Assembly (NCBI GenBank): GCA_963665235.2
Contig: CAXXLX010000001.1
Coordinates: 4,288,001-4,352,000 of the forward strand
Source of the DNA: Candidatus Poribacteria bacterium
GTDB taxonomy: Bacteria; Poribacteria; WGA-4E; WGA-3G
Direction: 5' to 3'
Length of the DNA: 64,000 nt
Of this stretch, positions 27,495 through 37,336 are shown piece after piece (the first letter of the stretch is position 1; the number at the start of each line of letters is the position of its first letter). The notes beneath the pieces were generated by a model, which saw only the letters and a program-made list of their open reading frames with translations, was not told the origin of the DNA and did no database searches. Position numbers and translations under genes: made by a program.

Positions 27495-28121
27495 TTAATC
27501 TGAATAGTTGCATGAGACTTCTTTGTTGAAAAAAATCGGGTCATGCCAATAACATCCGACACACGTTCCATTGTATAATCCATTACCACGCACTTGGCTA
27601 ACTTGATAACCTAAGCGTTTCGCGTCAAAACGCTGCCCTGTCTCTCGACACTCAACACAATGTTGTCTCTTGGCATAATTAGCAGCCTTCGATAGTGGTT
27701 GAAAATCATCAAGTGTTACCTGATTTGCGTCACTCAGCCTCGGGTCGTCCAGTCTTCCGTCTTTATGGTCACACTCTGGACCACTTGTTCCCAATACAAC
27801 ACAGCGTTGTGCCCTCACCTCCTCTCTAATGTTATTGGGTATTGGCTTTTCAGTAACCGGGACTTTTCTAAAGCCTTGCAACTCAACGTGAGTTATTTTA
27901 CCTCTGCCTTCAGGGTGGCGGCGAATATTGTAATATCGTGATAAACTACCGTCTTTGCGTATCCAATCACCCCCGTTTCCAAACTGGAGTGATGCATATT
28001 TTCCTACAAATTCTGTAACTGGAACTGGACAGCTGAAACCGAGATCATCTGGTTTAGCAAGCTGAATAAACAGCGCAGGCTTGCTTCCTTTTCTAAACTG
28101 AGAGCCTTGATCGTTACTCAT
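27495..28121 (-). CDS. IceA1/NlaIII-like HNH restriction endonuclease
   Basis: LAKPD, EFVGKY.SLQ.GNGG.W, DHKDGR.DD.R, DDFQ.L, CVGCY..DP resemble the ICEA family as I recall it. Confidence 0.75.
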   Translation of the reverse strand: MSNDQGSQFRKGSKPALFIQLAKPDDLGFSCPVPVTEFVGKYASLQFGNGGDWIRKDGSLSRYYNIRRHPEGRGKITHVELQGFRKVPVTEKPIPNNIREEVRAQRCVVLGTSGPECDHKDGRLDDPRLSDANQVTLDDFQPLSKAANYAKRQHCVECRETGQRFDAKRLGYQVSQVRGNGLYNGTCVGCYWHDPIFFNKEVSCNYSD

Positions 28122-28815
28122 TCTCAATCCTCTCTTGTGAAATTTTCGCATAATTGGAATCTATATCACATCCTGCAAACCTTCGGAAATTTCTGACGGC
28201 AGCAACACCTGTAGTTCCTGCTCCAAGGAATGGGTCCACAACAAGATCGCCCTGGTTACTGTGCTTGCGCACTAAATCCTCAAATAACTCTAAGGGTTTT
28301 TGTGTAGGGTGTTGTCTTTTACCCTTATGTCGAGGGATTGGATATTCATAGATACCAGAGTCATACTGGCTATGGAAAGTAGGTGTACCAACTTTGACCC
28401 CTGCAACAGCCATTTCTCGACTGTTAGAAAGATAAGTAGAGCGCATATTTAACGGGACAGGGTTGGTTTTCTGCCAGATAATCTGGCGAATCATTTTAAA
28501 TCCTGCTAACTCCATAGCCTCTTTTACCTTACCTATCTTCCAAAGATCATACCACACGATGGCAGTTCCGCCACGACGCAAGGATTTATAAAACACCCTT
28601 GCCATCGCTTCGAGATTTATCTCAACGTGATCCCATACACCGAAGTCCATACTAACGGCGAATTTCTTTTCACCGTTCACCACTGCCGAAAATCCTGTTT
28701 TTTTACTAATGCAATATGGTGGATCTGTTAAGATAAGGTCTACTGATCCAGCCGGTAACGAATCCATAAATTCATGATAATCAGATACTTTGACGCTAAA
28801 TTCTGTAAAGGGCAT
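28114..28815 (-). CDS. N4/N6 DNA methyltransferase, beta class
   Basis: DLILTDPPY ... HPTQKP ... DPFLGAGTT (motif IV before motif I); overlaps the endonuclease start. Confidence 0.9.
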   Translation of the reverse strand: MPFTEFSVKVSDYHEFMDSLPAGSVDLILTDPPYCISKKTGFSAVVNGEKKFAVSMDFGVWDHVEINLEAMARVFYKSLRRGGTAIVWYDLWKIGKVKEAMELAGFKMIRQIIWQKTNPVPLNMRSTYLSNSREMAVAGVKVGTPTFHSQYDSGIYEYPIPRHKGKRQHPTQKPLELFEDLVRKHSNQGDLVVDPFLGAGTTGVAAVRNFRRFAGCDIDSNYAKISQERIENE

Positions 28816-29230
28816 AGTTGTCTTCTCTCTTATTTAACCCAAGTTGCTAGTTAATAGTATGGTTTGGACAGTTTCATCTTTGCCTTTCATTATTTTTCCA
28901 CTTTTTTGCTGCTAGCCCACCTACTACGCAGACGGTCTTTACCGTGCAGTACTGGTATCCGTCGCCAGCAGTCCGCGCTTAATCAACGCGTTAATTTGAT
29001 TTTACACTAAGAGTATAACATATATTTTGCTACTTGTCAAGTGAAAATATAAAAAAATGGGTGTGTAAAGTTTTTGTACTATGATAGAGGGAAGAATGAA
29101 AGATTGGATTTCGCGTGTGTGTTGTCTGAATGCACATCGCATTTGGGCGAGTACACCGCAAATCGCGGATTATCGCGGAGGACACGGAAGACGCGGAGTT
29201 TAAGAGGTGTCCGCCTATCTAAAAAGGTAT

Positions 29231-30066
29231 CGCGTGCACAGCACGCTCCTACAGAGGAAAAGAGGGCGCGTGCACAGCACGCTCCTACAGAGGAGAAGAG
29301 GGCGCGTCACAGCACGCTCCTACAGAGGAAAAGAGGGCGCGTCACAGCACACTCCTACAGAGGAGAAGCGGTCGCGTGCACGCGTACAGAGGAGAAGCGG
29401 TCGCGCACAGCACGCTCCTACAGAGGAGAAGAGGGCGCGTGCACAGCACGCTCCTACAGAGGAAAAGAGGGCGCGTCACAGCACGCTCCTACAGAGGAGA
29501 AGAGGGCGCGTCACAGCACGCTCCTACAGAGGAAAAGAGGGCGCGTCACAGCACACTCCTACAGAGGAGAAGAGGGCGCGTCACAGCACGCTCCTACAGA
29601 GGAAAAGAGGGCGCGTGCACAGCACACTCCTACAGAGGAGAAGAGGGCGCGTGCACAGCACGCTCCTACAGAGGAAAAGAGGGCGCGTGCACAGCACACT
29701 CCTACAGAGGAGAAGAGGGCGCGTGCACAGCACACTCCTACAGAGGAAAAGAGGGCGCGTGCACAGCACACTCCTACAGAGGAAAAGAGGGCGCGTGCAC
29801 AGCACGCTCCTACAGAGGAAAAGAGGGCGCGTGCACAGCACACTCCTACAGAGGAGAAGAGGGCGCGTGCACAGCACACTCCTACAGAGGAAAAGAGGGC
29901 GCGTGCACAGCACACTCCTACAGAGGAAAAGAGGGCGCGTGCACAGCACGCTCCTACAGAGGAGAAGAGGGCGCGTGCACAGCACGCTCCTACAGAGGAA
30001 AAGAGGGCGCGTCACAGCACGCTCCTACAGAGGAAAAGAGGGCGCGTCACAGCACACTCCTACAGA
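29231..30066 (+). repeat. Head-to-tail tandem array of ~23 35/36-bp REP-like hairpin units
   Basis: CGCGTGCACAGCAC(G/A)CTCCTACAGAGGA(A/G)AAGAGGG repeated without unique spacers. Confidence 0.95.
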
Positions 30067-30158
30067 AATGACCCTGAAGATGTTTAAATATTAGATTGCA
30101 CAATTAAGGTGAAATGTGGTATGATAACAGCATCAACGTCTAAAGGAGGGATCTAGCA

Positions 30159-31010
30159 ATGAATCAACACAATTTCAACCTTACCGATTCGGAGATTAAT
30201 TTTTTCAAGACGTTCGGTTACCTCAGTTTTCCACAACTGATGGCGGACCGAATTCAAGCAATTCAGGATGCATTTGAAACCGTCTGGATGGAACGCGGCG
30301 GGGGCCACAACGGTAAACCTCACGAAGGCAAAGCACGCTCCTGCATTGTGCCCTTCATCGATCAGAGTGAAGAGCTATCATCGCTGTTAGATGACCCGCG
30401 AATTCTAGCGATTGCAAAAACACTGCTCGGCGACGATTTTAACTACATGGGAAGTGATGGCAACTTCTACGTCGGCGATACGGGGTGGCATTCAGATGGT
30501 GGGCATAAGTTGGAAGACCCGATGCATATCAAAATCGCTTTCTATCTTGATCCGCTCACGCGTGACACCGGAGCACTTCGCGTTATTCCGGGGAGCCATC
30601 TCTTCGGGGATAACTATGCGGATGGACTCAGTCAGCAGATTGGAAGAAGTCAAGAGACGTGGGAGTTGCACGGTAAAGATGTACCAGCAGTTATCTTTGA
30701 AACAACCCCCGGCGATCTGGTGCTGTTCAACCATAACACGAAACATGCAGCGTTCGGGGGCGGAACACGTAGGCGTATGTTTACGATGAATCTCTGTGAG
30801 CGGTATCCAGAGCACAAGTTGGATGCCTTGCGCGCCTATATTAGCGGTGCCGCACGTTTCTGGATTGACCGCAAATATGGCGAGAAGATGGTGAACACAG
30901 CAACACCAGAAAGACAGATACACCTTGAACAGGGAATGGCGAACGATGGACACCTCGCGGAACTTTCACGGCAAGCCAAGGAACGTATGAGTGAACCGTC
31001 ACGCGGATGA
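30159..31010 (+). CDS. Phytanoyl-CoA dioxygenase (PhyH) family protein
   Basis: WHSD, GALRVIPGSH, PGDLVLFNH...H, RR motifs. Confidence 0.9.
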   Translation: MNQHNFNLTDSEINFFKTFGYLSFPQLMADRIQAIQDAFETVWMERGGGHNGKPHEGKARSCIVPFIDQSEELSSLLDDPRILAIAKTLLGDDFNYMGSDGNFYVGDTGWHSDGGHKLEDPMHIKIAFYLDPLTRDTGALRVIPGSHLFGDNYADGLSQQIGRSQETWELHGKDVPAVIFETTPGDLVLFNHNTKHAAFGGGTRRRMFTMNLCERYPEHKLDALRAYISGAARFWIDRKYGEKMVNTATPERQIHLEQGMANDGHLAELSRQAKERMSEPSRG

Positions 31011-31830
31011 TGCCTGTTGCCACGTCTGCCGGACAAAAGCGGTGGCTTGTTCAAAACCTTCCTGTCCTAAACGACTGGCTTCCTCAATGCTGAGCCATCC
31101 ATTGTAACCTGCTTGTCGCATGCGGGAAAAGACTTGCGGAATCGGGGCGGCACCTGTGCCGACACGGACCGGCACGAACGTTCCCGCTGCTTCCATATCG
31201 AAAACGTGAAGTACGACAACGCGTTCAATGACTTTCTCCAAAAGTCCGAGCACATCTTCATTGAGGACGAGTGGGTTGGCGGTGTCAAAGCAGACACCGA
31301 GTGGCGTGTCAGCGAGGGCATCTAGGATTTCTAAGAAAATCTCTGTCCGTTGTGAGAAATCCCAATAATCCCACGGCGCGCCTTTGGTATGATTCTCATA
31401 GGCGAGGGTAATGCCGTGTCGTTCCGCTTCGTCAAGGGCATATCGGAATCCATCTGTAACCCAGCGCACCCCCGTTGTGTGTTGGGTACCGGGATGGTTT
31501 TGTCCGGCAGTTCACGCGAACAAACTTCGCGCCTAACGCCTTTGCAAGGACAATGTCCGCCTTCAGTTCGGTTAATTCTTGGGCGCGGTGTGTTGCATCA
31601 GGGTGTGTGAAGTCGGAATAGCAGGCGAGCATGCACGGTTCGATGCTATATTTTTCCAGAGCAGCGCGAGTGGTGTTTACTGTTTCAGCGTCGCGCTGTG
31701 GGAAAAATTTGATGCTAAAATCAACGCCATCCAGTCCTAATTTTGCCCCCAATTGAATCCATTCGACAACGGTGCTTTTTCCGCTGAAAATAGCATCGTA
31801 AAGAGAGACAGGGAGACAACTGAGTTTCAT
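30999..31830 (-). pseudogene. Sugar phosphate isomerase/epimerase, frameshifted
   Basis: Two overlapping ORFs (31432-31830 and 30999-31469); removing one base at 31511-31512 restores RVTAGQNHPG...LAYENH. Confidence 0.75.
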
Positions 31831-31877
31831 GGTCTTGTTATGTGTTGTAGATGGGGTTTGAAACGTCGCTTATACTG

Positions 31878-32870
31878 CTATTCGTCAAGCCAGCTCATCA
31901 TACTGCGTAGATTTTTGCCGACCTCTTCAATCTGCAATTCCGCTTCCTGTCTTCGGAGTGCGCGGAGGACAGGTTGATTCGCTTCGTTTTCCAGCACCCA
32001 TTCTCGTGCAAAGATGCCACCCTGCACATCCTTCAAGATTTGACGCATCTTTTCTCGGACACTATCGTCAATAAGCTGTGGGCCGCGTGTGAGGTCACCG
32101 TATTCAGCGGTGTTGCTAACATCGTTCCGCATTTTGCTCAACCCACCAGCATAAATGAGGTCCACAATCAGTTTCAACTCATGTAGGCATTCAAAGTAAG
32201 CCATTTCGGGTTGATATCCCGCCTCAACGAGCGTATCGAAGGCGGCTTTGATAAGTGCAGCAGTTCCGCCACACAGCACGGCTTGTTCCCCGAAGAGGTC
32301 GGTCTCGGTTTCCTCGCGAAATGTGGTCTCAATGACTCCAGCGCGGGTGCCACCGATGCCTCTGGCGTAAGCAAGGGCAATATCTCGAGCTGCGCCTGTC
32401 GTGTCTTGATGGATGGCGATGAGACACGGGACACCCCCCCCGCCTTCAAAAACTTCGCGGACGAGTGAGCCCGGCCCCTTCGGTGCAATCATCGTCACGT
32501 CAATGTCCGCGGCGGGGATAATCTGGCCGAAGTGGACACTGAACCCATGCGAGACCATGAGCATGTTTCCCTCTTGCATGTTTGGTGCAATCTGGTCCCG
32601 GTAAACAGCGGAGTGGCGTTCGTCAGGAATGAGAATCTGCACGATGTCTGCCATCGCTGCAGCTTCTTCAACCGTTTTGACGGTTAACCCTTCAGCCTCT
32701 GCGCGGGCTTTTGAGGGGCTGCCTTCGTATAATCCAATAACGACGTTCGCGCCGCTGTCCTTGAGGTTTAGGGCTTGTGCCCTGCCTTGTGCACCATAAC
32801 CGATGATGGCGACGGTACGTTGTTTCAGTAAAGCGAAATTGGCATCGCTATCGTAATAAATTGTTGCCAT
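31878..32870 (-). CDS. ilvC: Ketol-acid reductoisomerase
   Basis: [34 protein letters not shown]. Confidence 0.97.
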   Translation of the reverse strand: MATIYYDSDANFALLKQRTVAIIGYGAQGRAQALNLKDSGANVVIGLYEGSPSKARAEAEGLTVKTVEEAAAMADIVQILIPDERHSAVYRDQIAPNMQEGNMLMVSHGFSVHFGQIIPAADIDVTMIAPKGPGSLVREVFEGGGGVPCLIAIHQDTTGAARDIALAYARGIGGTRAGVIETTFREETETDLFGEQAVLCGGTAALIKAAFDTLVEAGYQPEMAYFECLHELKLIVDLIYAGGLSKMRNDVSNTAEYGDLTRGPQLIDDSVREKMRQILKDVQGGIFAREWVLENEANQPVLRALRRQEAELQIEEVGKNLRSMMSWLDE

Positions 32871-32951
32871 AAATTCTATACCTCTTTTAATATTTTGAAG
32901 GCTCCCTATAATCCACTAAAGGTGTGTACCGGCTCATGAAATCAGGTGAGA

Positions 32952-33452
32952 CTATTTTGTAGCTCCTCGCGGCATCGCGATTTTGCCGGTACGCGCTAAC
33001 TCAAGAATACCGTACGTGTTGAAAATTTCAATTGCGGCTTCCAATTTTCCTTCATCCCCGGTAATTTCAAGCACAAGGGAGGCGGGTTTCGTATCAATAA
33101 CGCGGGCGCGGAAGACTTCAGCGACCTGTAAGATTTCAGCGCGTTTCCGAGGCTCATCAGTGCCAATCTTGATTAAGAGGAGTTCCCGTTCAACATGCGT
33201 TCCGGCGGATAGGTTGGTAACCTCTATAACATCTATCAGCCTATTCAGGTGCTGATAGATCTGTTCGATGATTTGCGCGTCCCCGTGTGTCACAAGGGTT
33301 ATCTGTGAGATGCTCTCGTCATGCGTTGCAGCGACGTTAAGGCTGTCGATATTAAAACCGCGTCCGCTGAAAAGTCCCGCAACCCGTGCAAGGACACCGA
33401 ATCGGTTTTCGACTATGACAGAAAAAATATGTCGTTCTTCTTTATTATCCAT
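32952..33452 (-). CDS. ilvN: Acetolactate synthase small subunit
   Basis: VENRFGVLARVAGLFSGRGFNIDSL ACT domain; ARTG. Confidence 0.95.
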   Translation of the reverse strand: MDNKEERHIFSVIVENRFGVLARVAGLFSGRGFNIDSLNVAATHDESISQITLVTHGDAQIIEQIYQHLNRLIDVIEVTNLSAGTHVERELLLIKIGTDEPRKRAEILQVAEVFRARVIDTKPASLVLEITGDEGKLEAAIEIFNTYGILELARTGKIAMPRGATK

Positions 33453-33542
33453 AATGTTAAAAACTTTTTATCCCCTAGCATTGATAACGGTTGTTGGTTA
33501 TTGGTAGGGTTGGGAGTCTGAGATTAATTGCTAATTGCCAAT

Positions 33543-35225
33543 TTAGGATAATCCGCGGATAACATCTCCGAGGCCTTCGCCTGCTGGCACCATCGGGAAC
33601 ACGTTTTCCTCTTCATCAACGATAAAGTCAATGACGACGGGGCCATCATTAATCCCTTTTGCCTTCAGCAACGCAGGTCTTACATCTTCGGGGTGTTCAA
33701 CGCGTAGCCCGGTTGCACCGAATGCTTGCGCGAGCAAGGCAAAATCGGGATTGTCGTGATAATCCACAGCGGAATAACGTTTGCCGTGGAAAAGTTCCTG
33801 CCACTGCCGCACCATCCCGAGATACATGTTGTTGATGATGAATATCTTAAGCGGTAGTTTCAACGTAATTGCAGGGACGAGCTCCTGAATGGTCATGATG
33901 TAAGAGCCATCGCCGTTAATATTGACAACCGTTTCGTCTGGGCATCCGAGCTGTGCACCGATTGCTGCGGGAAGACTGAAACCCATCGTGCCGAGCCCCC
34001 CGGAGTTAAGCCATTGCCGAGGCTCCGTGAATTTGAAGTACTGCGCTGCCCACATCTGATGTTGCCCGACATCCGCTACAACAATAGCGTCGCTGTAATG
34101 TTCATAAATCTGTTCAATGACATATTGCGGCATCACACGAGTGCCTTTCTGCTCGTATTCAAACGGATATTTCTGTTTCCACTCCTGAATCTGTGCGCGC
34201 CACGGGTCAATGTCTGCCATGCCGACCTGTTTATTCAGTTCCCTGAGAACGTTCTTTGCATCCCCAACGATGGGTACATCAATAGGCACATTTTTACCGA
34301 TACAGGATGCGTCGATATCGATATGAATTTTCTTTGCGTTCGGTGCGAACTTTTTCAGGTCGCCTGTAACGCGGTCATCGAATCTGGCACCGATAGCAAT
34401 GACAAGGTCCGCATCGGTGAAAGCGTAGTTTGCACAACAGGAGCCGTGCATGCCTGGCATCTCCATCGCCAGCGGGTGGGTTTCGGGGAACGCGCCGAGG
34501 CCCATTAACGTGACGGTAATCGGGATGCCGGTTTTGAGGGTCAGCTCTCGAAGTTCTTCACTTGCATTTGCTAGAACAACGCCGCCGCCTGCATAAAGAA
34601 TCGGTTGTTTCGCCGTTTTAATCAGGTCAGCTGCTTTTGCAATTTGTGCAGGGTCACCCTCTACCTGCGGTTTGTAGCTGCGAATGTCAACGTTCTCTGG
34701 ATACTGGAAAAATGTCTCGTTTTTCTGTGCATCTTTTGCGATGTCAATGATTACAGGACCGGGCTTCCCTGTCTGGGCGATATGGAACGCTTCGGCGACA
34801 ACATCCGCCACCTCGTCGCAACTTTTGACGAGATAACTGTGCTTACAAATCGGGCGGGTGACACCGATGACATCACATTCTTGAAAGGCATCACTGCCAA
34901 TAAAATGTGTAAACACCTGTCCGGTAATCGCTATCATCGGAATTGAGTCCATATAGGCCGTTGCGATTCCGGTGACAAGATTCGTTGCGCCGGGGCCGGA
35001 GGTTGCAAGGGCAACGCCGACTTTACCTGTGGCGCGTGCGTATCCATCAGCAGCGTGAGAGGCGCCTTGCTCGTGCCGCATCGGAATTAATTTGAGGTCT
35101 GTCTCACTGTAAAGGGCATCGAAAATCGGCATAGCAGCGCCACCGTTTACACCGAAAATATATTCTGCCCCTTCGCGCTTGAGACTTTCAACCAGGATTT
35201 GGGCTCCTGACAATTCCATCGCCAT
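33543..35225 (-). CDS. ilvB: Acetolactate synthase large subunit
   Basis: RHEQGA, TSGPGATN, RFDDRVTG, GDGS...NN.YLGMVRQWQ. Confidence 0.97.
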   Translation of the reverse strand: MAMELSGAQILVESLKREGAEYIFGVNGGAAMPIFDALYSETDLKLIPMRHEQGASHAADGYARATGKVGVALATSGPGATNLVTGIATAYMDSIPMIAITGQVFTHFIGSDAFQECDVIGVTRPICKHSYLVKSCDEVADVVAEAFHIAQTGKPGPVIIDIAKDAQKNETFFQYPENVDIRSYKPQVEGDPAQIAKAADLIKTAKQPILYAGGGVVLANASEELRELTLKTGIPITVTLMGLGAFPETHPLAMEMPGMHGSCCANYAFTDADLVIAIGARFDDRVTGDLKKFAPNAKKIHIDIDASCIGKNVPIDVPIVGDAKNVLRELNKQVGMADIDPWRAQIQEWKQKYPFEYEQKGTRVMPQYVIEQIYEHYSDAIVVADVGQHQMWAAQYFKFTEPRQWLNSGGLGTMGFSLPAAIGAQLGCPDETVVNINGDGSYIMTIQELVPAITLKLPLKIFIINNMYLGMVRQWQELFHGKRYSAVDYHDNPDFALLAQAFGATGLRVEHPEDVRPALLKAKGINDGPVVIDFIVDEEENVFPMVPAGEGLGDVIRGLS

Positions 35226-35244
35226 CCTCCTTATAAAATGACAT

Positions 35245-35525
35245 GAAAAAACCCTCCCGTTCCAAAACTGGAGACGAGAAGGCTCTATAAGATTACCTTA
35301 CCGTGGTACCACTCCAATTCCCGTTCTCATTTTTTCACTGAGAAAGGGCACTCTTGGGGATGCGATAACGGGCATCACACCGGCTAACCCTACACAACAA
35401 CCCATGCCTTCGGATTAGCAGCTCCAGGGCGACCTTCAGTCGGTAGCACTTGAGGAAACCTCTCAGCCTACGAATTTCCTTCTCTGACAAGCCGAGCCGA
35501 CTTACTCCTCCCCTTCAACGCTTTT
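35245..35525 (-). promoter_or_regulatory. T-box riboswitch (Val, GUC specifier) with terminator
   Basis: Minus strand: AGTA, CAGAGA, GGCTGAGA, GAAG-GTC-G specifier (35431-35433), T-box GAGTGGTACCACG (35302-35314), terminator CCTTCTCGT...ACGGGAGGG-TTTTTT. Confidence 0.9.
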
Positions 35526-35576
35526 TTTGTAAATTTAATTCAACGTGTTACTAAAAATTGTGTTTCCTTTTTTTAA

Positions 35577-35605
35577 AGTATAACACATTTAAAGCGAGAT
35601 GTCAA
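35577..35605 (-). promoter_or_regulatory. Sigma70 promoter of the T-box/ilv operon
   Basis: TTGACA-17 nt-TATACT with TG extension. Confidence 0.75.
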
Positions 35606-35702
35606 GAAAAAATGTGAATCTTTTCGGGAACATCCGGTTTACCGAGGGCCGATAGGTGCAATTTCCTAACTTGCACCTACTACACTGTCCAAATAATGGT
35701 GT

Positions 35703-36515
35703 CTATCGCAGAGATTTTAGTCGTCCCCACACAGTGCTGACTTTATCGGCAGGGTTGACTGGTCTTGCGTCAGCAAACCGGTTTGAAATCAGTTCGGCAT
35801 ATTCCGTTGCGACCTGCTCGTTCCCTGGTATTGACGTGCCGCAGCAGGAGGTATGAAAATTGATGAACCACCCCTTCATATCTTCTGTTCGGTAAGCAAT
35901 CGGATCAGCGTCTGAGCCATTGTCTGCATAGCTTTCAAACTCAAAATTGTTTTGCTCTAATGCTCCTATACCTACAGGACGATTTGATGTCCAATTCTTA
36001 AGCGAAGGGATGTACTGCTTGCCGAGATCGGTGGGTTTAACAGCTGCGGTGTTTGCATTGGTAACGGTAGCACCAAACACAGTTTGCTGGCCTGCCCCTG
36101 TTATGGGAACTCGGTTATTCGCTCCAAAATCCCAATAGTAGTAGAAAGGGTAATCCCCTATGAAACCGCCGATACCGCCTTCTCTCAACCATGAATGAAC
36201 CAGATCGGCTTTTCCTTTGTTCTGAAATATCGTTTCAGGGGTGTTCCCTTGTGTGAGCACATAGATACCTTGTGGGTTTGCATCCATATAATCTACTAAC
36301 TGGTCAGCGTCGACGATTTCTGCCTCCAGTTTTTTATCCTGAAGTTTTTCTACAATGAGGTCAGCTAACCCTTTCGCTCCCGCTGCCCCACCTGCAATAC
36401 CTAAGCCCTCGCCATTTTCCATTCTAGCATCGTAAACGACAGCGACATCTTGCGCGAAGGCGTAACCGGATAAAGTTATAGCGATAATCGATACCAAACA
36501 AAATAATCTTTTCAT
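35703..36515 (-). CDS. Secreted hypothetical protein
   Basis: Signal peptide (AFA|Q), RBS ggagga, tail VNPADKVSTVWGRLKS. Confidence 0.75.
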   Translation of the reverse strand: MKRLFCLVSIIAITLSGYAFAQDVAVVYDARMENGEGLGIAGGAAGAKGLADLIVEKLQDKKLEAEIVDADQLVDYMDANPQGIYVLTQGNTPETIFQNKGKADLVHSWLREGGIGGFIGDYPFYYYWDFGANNRVPITGAGQQTVFGATVTNANTAAVKPTDLGKQYIPSLKNWTSNRPVGIGALEQNNFEFESYADNGSDADPIAYRTEDMKGWFINFHTSCCGTSIPGNEQVATEYAELISNRFADARPVNPADKVSTVWGRLKSLR

Positions 36516-36630
36516 TTCAATTCCTCCAAATTGTTTATAAGCATGGGGAAAACCGAATGGTGTGTAGGCGAAACGTTAGGTAGGTAGGGACAGATTAAAG
36601 GCTGTCCCTACAAACACGTCCAATCGGTTT

Positions 36631-37236
36631 TTAGGCATGTGCCGCATAGATTTCGTTGACTTTGGTCCAGTTAATAACATTCGTCCATGCTTCAACGTAA
36701 TCTGCTCGCCGGTTCTGATAGTGCAAGTAGTACGCGTGTTCCCAGACATCAATACCGAGTATTGGGATATGCCCCTGCATGATAGGACTGTCCTGATTTG
36801 CCGTGGAATAGATTTCTAATCCATCGTCGCCAATGACGAGCCATGCCCAGCCGGAGCCGAAACGTGTCGCAGCGGCTTTTCCAAATTCTTCTCTAGCACC
36901 TTCAGCGGAGCCGAACGCAGCGGTTATCGCTTTAACCAAGTCTTCACTCGGTTCGCCGCCATTGGGGCTCATAATTGACCAGAAGAGCGAATGATTCGCA
37001 TGCCCGCCACCGTTGTTAATAACAGCCTGACGTTTGTCTTCCGGCACCTGGTCGAGGTTGCCAAGCAGTTCGTGAACATCCATATCCGCGAGGTCCCCGA
37101 GGCCTTCTAAGGCAGCGTTCAGGTTGTTGACGTAGCCTTGATGGTGTTTGCCGTGATGGATTTCCATCGTTTTCGTGTCAATGTAAGGTTCCAAAGCATC
37201 GTGTGCATAAGACAGTTCTGGTAATGTGTGTGCCAT
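36631..37236 (-). CDS. sodA: Superoxide dismutase, Mn-type signature
   Basis: [28 protein letters not shown]. Confidence 0.9.
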   Translation of the reverse strand: MAHTLPELSYAHDALEPYIDTKTMEIHHGKHHQGYVNNLNAALEGLGDLADMDVHELLGNLDQVPEDKRQAVINNGGGHANHSLFWSIMSPNGGEPSEDLVKAITAAFGSAEGAREEFGKAAATRFGSGWAWLVIGDDGLEIYSTANQDSPIMQGHIPILGIDVWEHAYYLHYQNRRADYVEAWTNVINWTKVNEIYAAHA

Positions 37237-37336
37237 TTTAAAAATAGCCTCCTGAAAAATATATGATAATAAACATAGTATAACAGATTTATGGAAAATG
37301 TGCAAGTTTTTTCCGCGAGAGGCATCGAACAGTCAT

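Noticed and set aside
29231-30066. CRISPR array (36-bp repeats)
   Set aside because: Units are contiguous with no unique spacers, and there are no cas genes in the window.
29074-30094. Long ORFs of 231-337 aa in several frames
   Set aside because: Translations of the stop-free tandem repeat.
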